From Bacteroidota bacterium (GTDB lineage: Bacteria > Bacteroidota > Bacteroidia > Chitinophagales > Chitinophagaceae), in assembly GCA_026391415.1 (NCBI GenBank), contig JAPLEL010000098.1, positions 1,162 through 65,161 of the forward strand: a DNA stretch of 64,000 nt. Direction: 5' to 3'. A model generated the notes under the pieces. It was given only the letters and a program-made list of their open reading frames with translations, was not told the DNA's origin and searched no databases. Shown here in pieces: positions 47,210 to 57,867 of the stretch; position 1 is the first letter of the stretch; each line of letters starts with the position of its first letter. The position numbers and the translations under genes are program-made.

Positions 47210-48715
47210 ATGAAAAAAACCGCATCTTACTTACTTGCCCAACATTGGGATGCGATACTTGCGTCTGCGTCTGCTCTTTTTACAATTTATTATTTAACCA
47301 AATTTAGTGGCATTGGCTTATCGCCAGATTCTATTGCCTATAGTAGCGCCGCCATTAACCTTCAGGCAAAAGGCGCTTTAGTTGATTTTAATAATTTACC
47401 CCTTGTTGATTTTCCGGCAGGCTACCCTTTTTTTCTAGCAATTTTTTCTAGTATTTTTCATAGCAGCCCTATAACTATAGCGCCTATATTAAACAGTGTT
47501 TTATATGTGGGCGTTATTTTAATGAGTAGTGTTTTAATGCAGGGGTTTGAAAACAATGCAAGATGGTATCGTTTGGCGGTACTTAGTATATTAGCTACTA
47601 GCCCCTGTTTGTGGGATGTGTATGAAATGCTCTGGTCGGAAACTTGGTTTGTTTTTTTAGTCTTATTGTTTATGCTTGTTTGGCGTTGGTATGGCAAAAG
47701 GCACGATATTATTTCTTTGATGGTGTTTGCTATAATTGCTGCATTTGCTTTTGTTACACGTTTTGCGGGCATTACAATTGTTGCAACTGGCGCAGCATTA
47801 ATTTTATTTGATGGAGCTATTGGTGTTGTAAAAAAAATCAAACATCTTTTTTTGTTTGTATTGGTTAGTATTTCGTTAGTTGTTTGGAATTTAGTACACA
47901 ATCATTATGCAGCAGGCTCTATGGCGGGTTTGAGAGAAAAAGCCTTGCGAACCATTACAGATAATTTATTAGATATAGGAACTGTTATGGGTTCTTGGTT
48001 ACCTTTTTTAAACAACCGTCCATTAATTGGGGCGATTATTTTTTTAATAATATTATTGGTGGCAACAATAGTGGTGGTGTATCGAATATTGCAACAACAA
48101 TTTTATCACCGTAACGAAACCGTGTTGGCTTTGTTTTTTGTAGTGTATGCAGTGTTTATTATTGCGGCAGCTAGTATTTCAAGATTCGAAACTTTAAGTA
48201 GTCGATTGTTATCGCCAATATATATTCCTTTTATTTTGGTGGGAAGTTTTTGGATACTGCGTTTTATTAAACAAAAAACCAAATTGCAAAAAACGGGCAT
48301 AGTTGTTTTACTCTTTTTTGTTTATGCCGCAACCATGTTTTTTCAGTACCAACAAAATGCCGAAAACTGGGAAGGTATTGCAGACGCAGGAATTCCAGGC
48401 TATGCCGAAGCGCATTGGAGGGCATCGCCATTGGCGAAATATATTAAAGAACACAAAGTTCTTTTTAATCAACCAATTTATTCCGATGCAAATGATGGCT
48501 TGTATTATTTAACAGGCTTACAAGCGCTGCCCTTGCCCCACAAAGAAATAGTAACAGAACAAAAAAAATTATTACAAGAGCCGCAATTAATAGTTGTTTG
48601 GTTTAATGATGGTGAGAATCCAGATTTAATTGATATACCATTTATTCAAGAGCAAAAGCGATTAATAAACACCTTACATTTTAACGACGGCGCTATTTAT
48701 TTTTTTAGCAATTAG
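47210..48715 (+). CDS. polytopic membrane protein, possible GT-C (ArnT/PMT-like) glycosyltransferase
   Basis: About 10 or more hydrophobic segments followed by a soluble C-terminal domain. Family assignment is tentative. Confidence 0.45.
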   Translation: MKKTASYLLAQHWDAILASASALFTIYYLTKFSGIGLSPDSIAYSSAAINLQAKGALVDFNNLPLVDFPAGYPFFLAIFSSIFHSSPITIAPILNSVLYVGVILMSSVLMQGFENNARWYRLAVLSILATSPCLWDVYEMLWSETWFVFLVLLFMLVWRWYGKRHDIISLMVFAIIAAFAFVTRFAGITIVATGAALILFDGAIGVVKKIKHLFLFVLVSISLVVWNLVHNHYAAGSMAGLREKALRTITDNLLDIGTVMGSWLPFLNNRPLIGAIIFLIILLVATIVVVYRILQQQFYHRNETVLALFFVVYAVFIIAAASISRFETLSSRLLSPIYIPFILVGSFWILRFIKQKTKLQKTGIVVLLFFVYAATMFFQYQQNAENWEGIADAGIPGYAEAHWRASPLAKYIKEHKVLFNQPIYSDANDGLYYLTGLQALPLPHKEIVTEQKKLLQEPQLIVVWFNDGENPDLIDIPFIQEQKRLINTLHFNDGAIYFFSN

Positions 48716-48767
48716 CATACGTTATCCATTATTAAAAGACGAATCAGTAATTTGCGTAAACATCCTT

Positions 48768-49391
48768 ATGACGGCAACCCAATTTTTTCAGCAACTAGTA
48801 ACTGGTTTATTGCAAACAGGCCCACTTGAATTTATTGCGGTGTTTGCAGGAATTGGCAGTGTTTGGTTTAGCCGTAAAGAAAATATTTTAGTATATCCTG
48901 TTGGTTTAATCAACACTATCATTTATATCTATATCAGCATAAAAGGAAACTTATTGGGCGAGGCAAGTGTGAATTTTTATTATACGGTAATGAGTATTTA
49001 TGGTTGGTTGTTGTGGGCTAAAAAAGACAATACGCAACTCAAGCCCTCTTTAGCAATTACCTATAGCAACAAAAAAGAGTGGATGCAGCAGTTGGCGTTT
49101 TTTGCTGTTTTTTATTTGGTAATTTATTTTTCCTTAACCGGATTAAAAAAATCATTTGCGCCAGAAGCTATTCCTTGGGCCGATGCTTTTGCAAGCGCAA
49201 CCGCTTATACGGGCATGTGGTTAATGGCTAGAAAAAAAGTAGAAAGTTGGATCTGGTGGATTGCTACCAATGTGGCGTCTATTCCATTATATTTTATTAA
49301 GGGATATGTTTTTACAAGTGTTCAGTTTTTGGTATTATTGGTTTTAGCCGTTGCTGGATTAATAGCTTGGCAAAAAAAAGCAAACAAATAA
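48768..49391 (+). CDS. pnuC: nicotinamide riboside transporter PnuC
   Basis: PnuC-like membrane protein (NFYYTVMSIYGWLLW, W-rich helices). Its stop overlaps the start of an NadR-type kinase gene (TAATG). Confidence 0.85.
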   Translation: MTATQFFQQLVTGLLQTGPLEFIAVFAGIGSVWFSRKENILVYPVGLINTIIYIYISIKGNLLGEASVNFYYTVMSIYGWLLWAKKDNTQLKPSLAITYSNKKEWMQQLAFFAVFYLVIYFSLTGLKKSFAPEAIPWADAFASATAYTGMWLMARKKVESWIWWIATNVASIPLYFIKGYVFTSVQFLVLLVLAVAGLIAWQKKANK

Positions 49392-49930
49392 TGGCAGTAA
49401 AAAAAGTGGTAATTATTGGTCCAGAATCTACTGGAAAAAGCACGCTATGTAAAGAATTGGCGGCACATTTTCAAACGCAGTGGTGTCCGGAATATGCTAG
49501 AGAATATCTTACAAAAAATGGTACAGTCTATACCTACGATGATTTGTTGGTCATTGCAAAAAACCAACTCTTACTCGAAGATCGCAGCACGGCCGAATTA
49601 GCCGCTACTGAAAATAAAGCCTTGTTTATTGATACCGATATGTATGTGCTGAAGGTTTGGTGCGAATATGTGTTTGAAAAATGCCACCATTTTATTTTAG
49701 ACCAAATTAGTACCCGACCATACGATTTGTATATTTTATGCGCTGCAGATATTCCTTGGGTACAAGATGCATTGCGAGAATATCCTGAAGAAGGACCTCG
49801 AAAAGAATTATTTCAGATTTACAAAGACTTACTTATTAACCAATCGGTTCCTTGGATAACCGTGAGTGGTAATTATCAAGAAAGATTAGCAACAGCAATT
49901 GTTGCTGTAGAGGCCTTATTTAATCAATAA
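49391..49930 (+). CDS. NadR-type ribosylnicotinamide kinase-like ATPase
   Basis: P-loop motif IIGPESTGKSTL. The size and the pnuC adjacency fit the RNK domain of NadR. The ATG at 49391 overlaps the pnuC stop. Confidence 0.75.
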   Translation: MAVKKVVIIGPESTGKSTLCKELAAHFQTQWCPEYAREYLTKNGTVYTYDDLLVIAKNQLLLEDRSTAELAATENKALFIDTDMYVLKVWCEYVFEKCHHFILDQISTRPYDLYILCAADIPWVQDALREYPEEGPRKELFQIYKDLLINQSVPWITVSGNYQERLATAIVAVEALFNQ

Positions 49931-50614
49931 TTCAATATCTGAATCGTCTTCAATATTGTGCATTTGTTGTAATATTTGAGGGTACCGCCAACTCACTCTA
50001 TTGCTCATTGGTTTTACCGAAAACTTTTTAGGATTCGGTAAGCAAGCAATTATCATGGCGGCTTCTTGCCTGCTTAATTGACTAGCAGATTTACCAAAAT
50101 ATTTTTGCGCAGCTGCTTCAATTCCAAAAACCCCTGGCCCCATTTCAATGGTATTAAGGTAAACCTCTAAGATTCTTTTTTTACCCCAAACCAATTCAAT
50201 CATTAGTGTAAAATAGGCTTCCGGAATTTTTCGGATGTATTTCATAATGCCACCACCCTGCCATAGAAAAATATTCTTTGCAGTTTGTTGTGTGATGGTA
50301 CTAGCTGCTGCTCCAAGAGGTAATTTTTGCTTTTTACCCTTCTTAGGTTTCAGGCTTTTTTCAATCGCATCCCAATCAAAACCAATATGGTCTGGAAAAG
50401 CTTGGTCTTCGCTTGCAATGGCCGCCAGCTTTGCGTTTCGGCTAATTTTATTTCCAGATACATAGTCTCTGTGTAAACCATAACTAAAACTATTGTCAAT
50501 TTGTGTAATGGTAATTGGCGGCATTACCCACTTGCAAATGAGCAGGTATATAAAAGAAGAAACAAATAGCCAAACAGTGATTTTTTTTATCCAGCGCCAA
50601 AGGTTTTTAATCAT
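49916..50614 (-). CDS. mtgA: monofunctional biosynthetic peptidoglycan transglycosylase
   Basis: GT51 motifs (ASEDQAFPDHIGFDW, RILEVYLNTIEMGPGVFGIEAAAQKYF) after an N-terminal transmembrane anchor. Confidence 0.9.
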   Translation of the reverse strand: MIKNLWRWIKKITVWLFVSSFIYLLICKWVMPPITITQIDNSFSYGLHRDYVSGNKISRNAKLAAIASEDQAFPDHIGFDWDAIEKSLKPKKGKKQKLPLGAAASTITQQTAKNIFLWQGGGIMKYIRKIPEAYFTLMIELVWGKKRILEVYLNTIEMGPGVFGIEAAAQKYFGKSASQLSRQEAAMIIACLPNPKKFSVKPMSNRVSWRYPQILQQMHNIEDDSDIELLIK

Positions 50615-50647
50615 GTTATTATAAAATTTTCGCAGATAGCTTGTAAA

Positions 50648-51190
50648 TTATTTAATAGTTGAGAGCGTGTATTTTGGACCTATTTGAATAATGTTTTTAT
50701 GTGTACTTTGTAAAAGTTTTCCTAGCATAAAACCACCAACCGCTATACCTAGTTTCGGTAAATTATTGGGTCCTAAAATAGCCTCATTTTTTACCGAACT
50801 ATTTACGATGTTTAAAAAAAAATAAGCAGCACTGCCCATTTCAAATAGCGTACCGTTATTGAGCATATTGGTGTGAAAACTTTTTTGGGGTAAAGCATAC
50901 ACTTCGTTGATGTGTAATTTTAGTAAACCAAAATGAACCGTATCAAGTGTGGGATAACCAAATTGATTACTAACTTGCCGCACCTGAATCTGGTCAATCA
51001 ACAAAGAATCATTTTTAATGGATTTAATGATTCCCTCTATCCATTGTTTGCTGCTAAATTGAAATAAAATATAACTGCCACTCGTCCAGGTTTGAACAGA
51101 TTGGGCTTTGTGCTTTAGTAGTAATAAATCTTTTTGTGCCGATACACCAAGAGATAAACAACAAAAAACAATTAGTACAGTTAATTTCAT
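50648..51190 (-). CDS. hypothetical exported/membrane protein
   Basis: ORF with a signal-like N-terminus from the ATG at 51190 (MKLTVLIVFCCLSLGVSAQ). No family recognised. Confidence 0.5.
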   Translation of the reverse strand: MKLTVLIVFCCLSLGVSAQKDLLLLKHKAQSVQTWTSGSYILFQFSSKQWIEGIIKSIKNDSLLIDQIQVRQVSNQFGYPTLDTVHFGLLKLHINEVYALPQKSFHTNMLNNGTLFEMGSAAYFFLNIVNSSVKNEAILGPNNLPKLGIAVGGFMLGKLLQSTHKNIIQIGPKYTLSTIK

Positions 51191-51242
51191 TAGTAGAAAG
51201 ATACTTGATGGAAACGGTCTTTGCAACAAATATTCGATAAAC

Positions 51243-51903
51243 CTATTTTAATTGGTGTCCAAATTGTAAGATCCCCCAAATAAGGGCTACGCCAAATCCA
51301 ATTAAAATAACACCAGACAATTTATTGATAAAGCTTAGGTTTTTTGCGGTGAGTTTTGGCCTTAACTTTCCAGCCAATGTTACTTTTAATAAATCTGTTA
51401 GCAATACAAAAACCAAACAGGTTCCAAAAACAATCATTCTATACTGTAGCGGGTTTATATAAGAGGCTGCATCTGCTTGTATTGCAGCGCTCCAGGCAAA
51501 CCAAAAAATAAATACACTAGGATTTAGCATGTTCATAAAATAGCCTGAAAAAAATGCACCAGCCCAATCGCGATTACGAAATGCTTGCTTTTGAACAAGG
51601 GTCTCTGTTTCTATTGCAGACTTTTTAAAAAACAAAGTATATATCCCCGCGCTAATTAAAAACACACTTCCTGCAAGGGCAATAATTTCTTGGTGTTTAA
51701 TAACTGCTTGAAAAAAAGAGGTAAAAAAATTACAAACAAACCACCAATAGCGTAATATCACTCAATGAAACGCCTGCTACAAAAACATAGCCTGCTTTGT
51801 GCCCATAATTAATGCTTTGTTTGATGATGGCAAAGATTACAGGACCCACTGAAATAGCTAAAAGTATTCCCAAAAACAATCCTTTAATGAGGGCTGCTAC
51901 CAT
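51243..51903 (-). pseudogene. LysE/RhtB-family translocator, apparently frameshifted
   Basis: N-terminal 57 codons (MVAALIKGLFLGILLAISVGPVIF...SDITLLVVCL) run from the ATG at 51903 to a stop at 51730-51732. The rest of the protein (NFFTSFFQAV... to 51243) is in an adjacent frame. The switch point lies within 51730-51761. Confidence 0.6.
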
Positions 51904-51924
51904 AGATTATATAGTCTGAATGAA

Positions 51925-53460
51925 TTATTGTACTTGTATCGTTTCGCCCTTTAAAAATTTTTGCCAGTCTTGTAACATGCTTCCTTTAAGTACCCTTGGA
52001 AATTTATGTTGTCCACCTATTTTGCCCTTTGCCGTCATAAAGTTCATGAATTCTTTTTCGCTCAACACATCTAGTATTACTTCTTTTAAAGCAGACTTTC
52101 TTTCTATTGCATAGTCGTCGTTGAGTGCGCAAAGGTGTTGGTCAATTTTTTTAGCTAGCAGCTCTTTGTTAACCGCATCGTTACATGCAACAAACCAATG
52201 GTGCGCAAAAAAATTGCCATAAGGAACGCCAGCAACCGTAAACTCAGGAATACTAATATTCATTTCTTCACTCACCAATTGAATGGCTTTGTTCATATTG
52301 TCTACGCTTAAATGCTCTCCTACTAAACTTAAAAAATGCTTGGTTCTGCCGGTGATGATAATTTCACAACGTTCTTTATCTACAAACTTTACGGTATCGC
52401 CAATTAGGTATCGCCAGGTTCCTGCAGCAGTACTAATTAATAAGGCATAATCTTTTCCTTCTTCTACTTCGTGAATCATTAGGGCTTCTGGATTGTTTAC
52501 CATTTCGCCATTGGCATCAAAATTATTTTCATCAAAAGGTACGAACTCTAAAAAAATATGTTCATTAGTTACAAGCTTCATACCCTCTGCATACTGCCTA
52601 TCTTGGTAAGCAATAAAACCTTCACTTGCCAAATAGGTTTCAATATAGGTAATGGGCTTACCCAATAATTTTTCAAATCCTTTTTTATAAGGCTCAAAAC
52701 TAACCCCACCATGTCCAAAGAAGGCGAGATTGGGCCACATATCGTGGATATTATTAAGCTTGTAACGTTCAATCACCATCTCTACACACATTTGAATCCA
52801 GGCAGGTACACCTACCAACATACTAATATCCCATTCCGGTGCTTTGTCTACAATTTCTTCTAATTTTTTATTCCAATCTTTTTGCTTGGCTATTTTTTTG
52901 CCTGGTTTATAAAATGGCTGAAACCAAAAAGGTACTTTCTTTTGTGTAATACCACTAAGGTCTCCAGAATAATAGCCGGGTCCTTTTTGCAAATCGGTAC
53001 TTCCGCCAAGGGTAAGCCAGCCGCGACCAAGTGCGCCATAAGGTATGTCTTCGTAATTTCTTAGCGTGAGCAATTGTTTGATCATTACAATTTTATTCCC
53101 ACGCAATAGGTCGTTGGTGATAGGAATAAACTTGCTTGCAGATTCACTAGTGCCGCTGCTTAGCGCAAAGAATTTAATTTTCCCTGGCCAACAAATATCT
53201 GATTTGCCTTCGAGGGTTTTATGCCACCACTCGTTGTAAATTTTATTGTAATTATAAGTAGGTACTAATTCTTGAAACTTTTTTCCTAAGTGTTTACTCG
53301 ATAAAATATCGTCGAAATGATAGGCTTGACCAAATTCTGTAAACTTTGCTTTGCGCAATAATTTCTTTAAAACCTTTAGTTGTTGCCTTCTAGGATTATT
53401 CTGTGGCAGACGTAGTGCTTTGAGAATTGAATTCGGAAGCTTAATATCTAGAATTGCCAT
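51925..53460 (-). CDS. GH3 auxin-responsive-promoter family protein (acyl-adenylate-forming-like)
   Basis: 511 aa with an N-terminal region (LLRKAKFTEFGQAYHFDDI) and overall layout typical of bacterial GH3-family proteins. Confidence 0.8.
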   Translation of the reverse strand: MAILDIKLPNSILKALRLPQNNPRRQQLKVLKKLLRKAKFTEFGQAYHFDDILSSKHLGKKFQELVPTYNYNKIYNEWWHKTLEGKSDICWPGKIKFFALSSGTSESASKFIPITNDLLRGNKIVMIKQLLTLRNYEDIPYGALGRGWLTLGGSTDLQKGPGYYSGDLSGITQKKVPFWFQPFYKPGKKIAKQKDWNKKLEEIVDKAPEWDISMLVGVPAWIQMCVEMVIERYKLNNIHDMWPNLAFFGHGGVSFEPYKKGFEKLLGKPITYIETYLASEGFIAYQDRQYAEGMKLVTNEHIFLEFVPFDENNFDANGEMVNNPEALMIHEVEEGKDYALLISTAAGTWRYLIGDTVKFVDKERCEIIITGRTKHFLSLVGEHLSVDNMNKAIQLVSEEMNISIPEFTVAGVPYGNFFAHHWFVACNDAVNKELLAKKIDQHLCALNDDYAIERKSALKEVILDVLSEKEFMNFMTAKGKIGGQHKFPRVLKGSMLQDWQKFLKGETIQVQ

Positions 53461-53552
53461 CGTTTAAAAGCCGTTATTTGGTAACTATATACGAAGCTAA
53501 AGCAAAACGGCTAAAAAATGATTGCTATTAGACAGGTGGCGGCGATATTTTA

Positions 53553-54773
53553 CTAAAATGTTCCTGTATTTGCTACCGCCTCTCCGCTGGTTTCCTTAGA
53601 ATCGCTGCCAATAATAGACCGACTGTTTTTTGCATGAAATCGAAGCGAAAGGGTATTGTTGCGCCAATTCTCGGTTTGATTGATTACCTGTTTCCATGAA
53701 AAACCAGGTCCTTGACAAAAAATTAGGGTGGTATTTGGCTGAATTTTAGAGGAAGGAGGCGTGTTTGGTAAAACCTGTTTAAAACTAGCCACTCTAACTC
53801 CTGCAGTAGTTAAAAAACGGCTCAATTCTTCAAATTCCAAATGGTTTGCAACGGCTAAAACCTCCTGCGGCTGGCCTTTTTGAGGCGTTAATCCAGAAAA
53901 AATATGGTGGGATAAGCGTTTTATTAATTGGGTTACGAATGAAAATAATCCCCTAAAAACAATAGCAATTTGAATAAAAAACGAAAAAACCCTAGCAGAT
54001 TTACCCTTGTAATTTTTTATTACAAAAACGCGCATGGCATTATAAAACAATAGCACATAGTTAAGGCTTCCTTTTCGGGTACTTTCTCCTTTAAAATGAA
54101 TGATAGTGGAACCAGAAAAATAATAATTGGTAAAACCCGCTTGTTGAATACGGTAACTAAGGTCTATGTCTTCGGCATACATAAAAAACCGCTCGTCGAA
54201 ACTGCCAACGGTAGCCAAAATCCTGCTACTGACCATAAAAAATGCCCCCGCTAAAACATCCACCACCTGATTTTCATTAGGGCTTAAATAGCCCAAGCTG
54301 TATTTGTTAAATAGTCGAGACTTTGGAAAAAGGGCGCTTAATCCAACTAATTTATAAAAAGCAGTAATAGCCGAAGGAAAAGCCCGCTTGCTTTCGGGTA
54401 AAAACTGTCCTGACCCATCAATCATTCTAATTCCTAAACCGCCGGCGTTGGGATGCGCCCTTAAAAATTCAAGGCATTGATCAAAACAGTCCTCGGCAAT
54501 AAGGGTATCAGGGTTTAGAAACAAACAATATTCGCCCTTTGCAATGGCCACTGCCTGGTTATTAGCCTTGGCAAATCCTATGTTCTCGGTATTAGCAATA
54601 AATTGTACCCAAGGAAAAAGCGGCTGTAAATACGCAAGGGATTGATTCGAAGAATGATTGTCTACCACTATCACCTCTGCTTGAATATTACCCATTGCAT
54701 CCCGAACACTGCATAGGCATTGCTCTAAAAAAAGGGGCACATTGTAATTGACTATAATGATGGATAATTCCAA
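53553..54773 (-). CDS. glycosyltransferase family 2
   Basis: N-terminal GT-A signature (LSIIIVNYNV ... VIVVDNHSSN ... FLNPD ... YAEDIDLSYR). Confidence 0.85.
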   Translation of the reverse strand: MELSIIIVNYNVPLFLEQCLCSVRDAMGNIQAEVIVVDNHSSNQSLAYLQPLFPWVQFIANTENIGFAKANNQAVAIAKGEYCLFLNPDTLIAEDCFDQCLEFLRAHPNAGGLGIRMIDGSGQFLPESKRAFPSAITAFYKLVGLSALFPKSRLFNKYSLGYLSPNENQVVDVLAGAFFMVSSRILATVGSFDERFFMYAEDIDLSYRIQQAGFTNYYFSGSTIIHFKGESTRKGSLNYVLLFYNAMRVFVIKNYKGKSARVFSFFIQIAIVFRGLFSFVTQLIKRLSHHIFSGLTPQKGQPQEVLAVANHLEFEELSRFLTTAGVRVASFKQVLPNTPPSSKIQPNTTLIFCQGPGFSWKQVINQTENWRNNTLSLRFHAKNSRSIIGSDSKETSGEAVANTGTF

Positions 54774-54878
54774 GAATAACTAACTAGCGGTTAAGAAAAT
54801 AAAGTTCTAGCACCACAAAGATGCTTATTTACCCCTAAAATCTTTTAAAATCCTAATAATCGGCGGTACTTTTGCGGC

Positions 54879-55676
54879 ATGTTAAAACAAACACTACTCA
54901 AAGCAGTACAAACAGGGGCTGCAGTTATGCAAAGTTATTTCAATGGAACCTTTGAAATAACCAACAAAGAAGGCATTAATAATTTGGTTACCGAGGCCGA
55001 CCACGCTTCTGAAAAAGCCATTTTTGAAGTGATTAGGCAAAACTATCCGTCGCATTATATATTAAGCGAAGAGTCGGGCGAAATTATTCAAGATTCAAAT
55101 TACAAATGGATCATTGACCCCATTGATGGCACCGTGAATTTTGCCAGTGGCATTCCGCTGTGTTGTGTAAGTATTGGTATTGAACAAGATGGTAAAATGA
55201 TTTTAGGAGCTGTTTACAATCCTTTTATCAATGAATTATTTTTTGCAGAAAAAGGTTTTGGTGCTACACTCAATGACAAGACTATTCATGTAAGCAAAAA
55301 AACAGAAGTGATTAAAAGTGCCTTGGTAACGGGCTTTCCTTACACTTATTTAGATGCACCAAATGGTCCTTTACAAATTTTTGAAAAACTAATTCGCAAA
55401 GGTGTTCCGGTTCGACGTTTAGGAAGTGCAGCCATAGATCTTTGTTGGGTTGCTGCCGGAAGATTTGATGGATTTTACGAACATAAATTACAAGCATGGG
55501 ATAGTGCTGCAGGATTTTTAATGGTAGAAGAAGCGGGCGGAAAAGTAACTGATTTTACAGGCAATCATTATTCGCCTTATCAACCACATATACTTGCCAC
55601 CAACGGACATATTCACCAAGAGTTATTAGAGATTGTAAACGGCGGAGAAGTAAAAAATATTCCTGCACACCAATAA
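54879..55676 (+). CDS. inositol monophosphatase family protein
   Basis: Motifs WIIDPIDGTVNF and WDSAAG. Confidence 0.88.
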   Translation: MLKQTLLKAVQTGAAVMQSYFNGTFEITNKEGINNLVTEADHASEKAIFEVIRQNYPSHYILSEESGEIIQDSNYKWIIDPIDGTVNFASGIPLCCVSIGIEQDGKMILGAVYNPFINELFFAEKGFGATLNDKTIHVSKKTEVIKSALVTGFPYTYLDAPNGPLQIFEKLIRKGVPVRRLGSAAIDLCWVAAGRFDGFYEHKLQAWDSAAGFLMVEEAGGKVTDFTGNHYSPYQPHILATNGHIHQELLEIVNGGEVKNIPAHQ

Positions 55677-55682
55677 TAAAAT

Positions 55683-56717
55683 ATGATGGAAGAAAGAACA
55701 GAGATAGCCGATTTAGGCGAGTTTGGTTTGATAGAACACCTGACAAAAAATTTTGAAATTCACAATGTTTCTACTGTATTAGGTGTGGGCGACGACGCTG
55801 CTGTTATTGACCATTTTGGCAAACAAACAGTCATTAGTACCGATCTTTTATTAGAAGGAATTCATTTTGATTTGATGTACACGCCGCTAAAGCATTTGGG
55901 CTACAAAGCAGTGATGGTAAACCTTAGCGACATTTATGCTATGAATGCCACACCAACACAAATTACAGTGAGCATTGGAATTAGTAATAGAATTAGTATT
56001 GAAGCACTCAATGAATTTTACGAAGGAATTTATATTGCTTGCGAAAAACACGGTGTTGATTTAGTAGGTGGCGATACCACCACTTCTCAAAAAGGATTTA
56101 TTATTTCGGTAACCGCTATTGGCGAGGTAACCCCCGATAAATTTGTAAAAAGAAGTACTGCACAAAAAGGCGATTTAATTTGTGTTAGTGGCGATTTAGG
56201 TGGTGCATTTTTAGGATTAACTTTAATGGAAAGAGAGAAAGGAATTTATTTAGAAAATCCAAAAGTGCAACCCGATTTAGAAAACGAAAGTTATATCGTT
56301 GGGCGTTTATTAAAACCAGAAGCCAGAAAAGAAGTGATTGATTTTTTTGAACAAAATGATATTGTTCCAACAGCAATGATGGATGTGAGTGATGGTGTGA
56401 GTAGCGAAGTAATGCACTTGTGCAAACAAAGTAATTTGGGCTGTAGGATTTATGAAGACAAATTACCCATTTCGGATGAGAGTCGTCAAGCTGCGTATAA
56501 ATTTGGATTGGATCCAACCGTTTGTGCATTGAATGGCGGTGAAGACTACGAATTAATTTTTACCCTCAAACAAGAAGACCACGATAAAATTACTTTGAAC
56601 GAAGAAATTAGTGTGATTGGCTACATGACCGAACTAGAAGAGGGTTCTAAAATAATTACCAAGGGCGGCAATACTTTTAATATTACTGCGCAAGGATGGA
56701 ATGCGTTTAAGCAATAA
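55683..56717 (+). CDS. thiL: thiamine-phosphate kinase
   Basis: The N-terminus GEFGLIEHL ... GVGDDAAVI and the AIR-synthase-like fold pattern are typical of ThiL. Confidence 0.88.
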   Translation: MMEERTEIADLGEFGLIEHLTKNFEIHNVSTVLGVGDDAAVIDHFGKQTVISTDLLLEGIHFDLMYTPLKHLGYKAVMVNLSDIYAMNATPTQITVSIGISNRISIEALNEFYEGIYIACEKHGVDLVGGDTTTSQKGFIISVTAIGEVTPDKFVKRSTAQKGDLICVSGDLGGAFLGLTLMEREKGIYLENPKVQPDLENESYIVGRLLKPEARKEVIDFFEQNDIVPTAMMDVSDGVSSEVMHLCKQSNLGCRIYEDKLPISDESRQAAYKFGLDPTVCALNGGEDYELIFTLKQEDHDKITLNEEISVIGYMTELEEGSKIITKGGNTFNITAQGWNAFKQ

Positions 56718-56721
56718 AATA

Positions 56722-57867
56722 TTAGTTTGCGGCAATTGTTTTTTCAACCAATAAGTTGTTATTTAAACAAACCAAATTAGCGGGCATACCAACTTTTATG
56801 CTACCAAGCGTATCCGCTTTTTTAATGACTTGAGCAGGATACAAACTAGCCATTCTTAATGCTTCATCCAGTGGAATGAAAGCTTTTTCCACCAAATTTT
56901 TTACTGCTTTAGCCATCGTAAGTGCAGACCCACTCAGTATGCCATTGGATTCGTATTTATCCCCTACTAACTGATGCGGATAAGCACCAGTAGTGGTTTC
57001 GGTTACTGCATCTGTAATAACAAATAAGCGCTTGCCCAATTGTTTCTTGGCAATTTTTATGGCTTCAAAATTTACATGGTAACCATCTGGTACAATACTA
57101 CACATGGCAGTAGGATGGTTGAAGATAGCGCCCACCATTCCGGGTGCACGGTGCTCAAACGAACTCATGGCATTAAACAAATGTGTAGCGGTTTCAATCC
57201 CTGCATTAAAAGCATCTGTAGCTTCTTGGTAACTAGCATTGCTATGTCCTGCCGATACAATTACATCCTGCAATTGAATGTATTGAATAAGTGATGTATC
57301 ACAAATTTCTGGCGCCAGTGTAATTATTTGAATCACGCCTTTCCCATAATTTAATAAGGCATCAATCGATTCTTTGGTAGGCGAATGAATATAAGTAGAT
57401 AAATGCGCCCCTTTTTTAACCGGATTAATCCAAGGTCCTTCTACGTGTAAACCCAAGCATCCTGTTCCGCCTTGTTGCCAATAATCTTTAATAGCATCTA
57501 TGCAAGCAAAAATCACCTCATAACTATTGGTAGCAACGGTTGCCATAAAATGCAATGCGCCACCATTTTTGCAATAGTCGTTTAATTTAAAAATGGCATC
57601 GGCTTCTGGATAAACAGACAGTAGTTTTTTATGTGCACCGTAAATTTGAATATCAATAAAAGCAGGTGCAATAATATCAAAATGTTCCGTTGCTTTTTTA
57701 TGTAACGATTCGATACTAACAATGGCTTCAATACAATTATTAGAAACTACAATAGCATGATTTTCTAGATCTTGCTCACCTGTAAATATTTTTGCAGCAC
57801 TATAAATTTTTTGTTCTACCACGTGTATATTATTGAATAATTTGAAAAGCATCAGCATCTTTTCCAA
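56722..57867 (-). CDS. nagA: N-acetylglucosamine-6-phosphate deacetylase
   Basis: Motifs FIDIQIYG, LHVEGPWINP, SAGHSNA and ATHLFNAM. The start is uncertain because the ORF overlaps the upstream gene end. Confidence 0.88.
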   Translation of the reverse strand: MEKMLMLFKLFNNIHVVEQKIYSAAKIFTGEQDLENHAIVVSNNCIEAIVSIESLHKKATEHFDIIAPAFIDIQIYGAHKKLLSVYPEADAIFKLNDYCKNGGALHFMATVATNSYEVIFACIDAIKDYWQQGGTGCLGLHVEGPWINPVKKGAHLSTYIHSPTKESIDALLNYGKGVIQIITLAPEICDTSLIQYIQLQDVIVSAGHSNASYQEATDAFNAGIETATHLFNAMSSFEHRAPGMVGAIFNHPTAMCSIVPDGYHVNFEAIKIAKKQLGKRLFVITDAVTETTTGAYPHQLVGDKYESNGILSGSALTMAKAVKNLVEKAFIPLDEALRMASLYPAQVIKKADTLGSIKVGMPANLVCLNNNLLVEKTIAAN

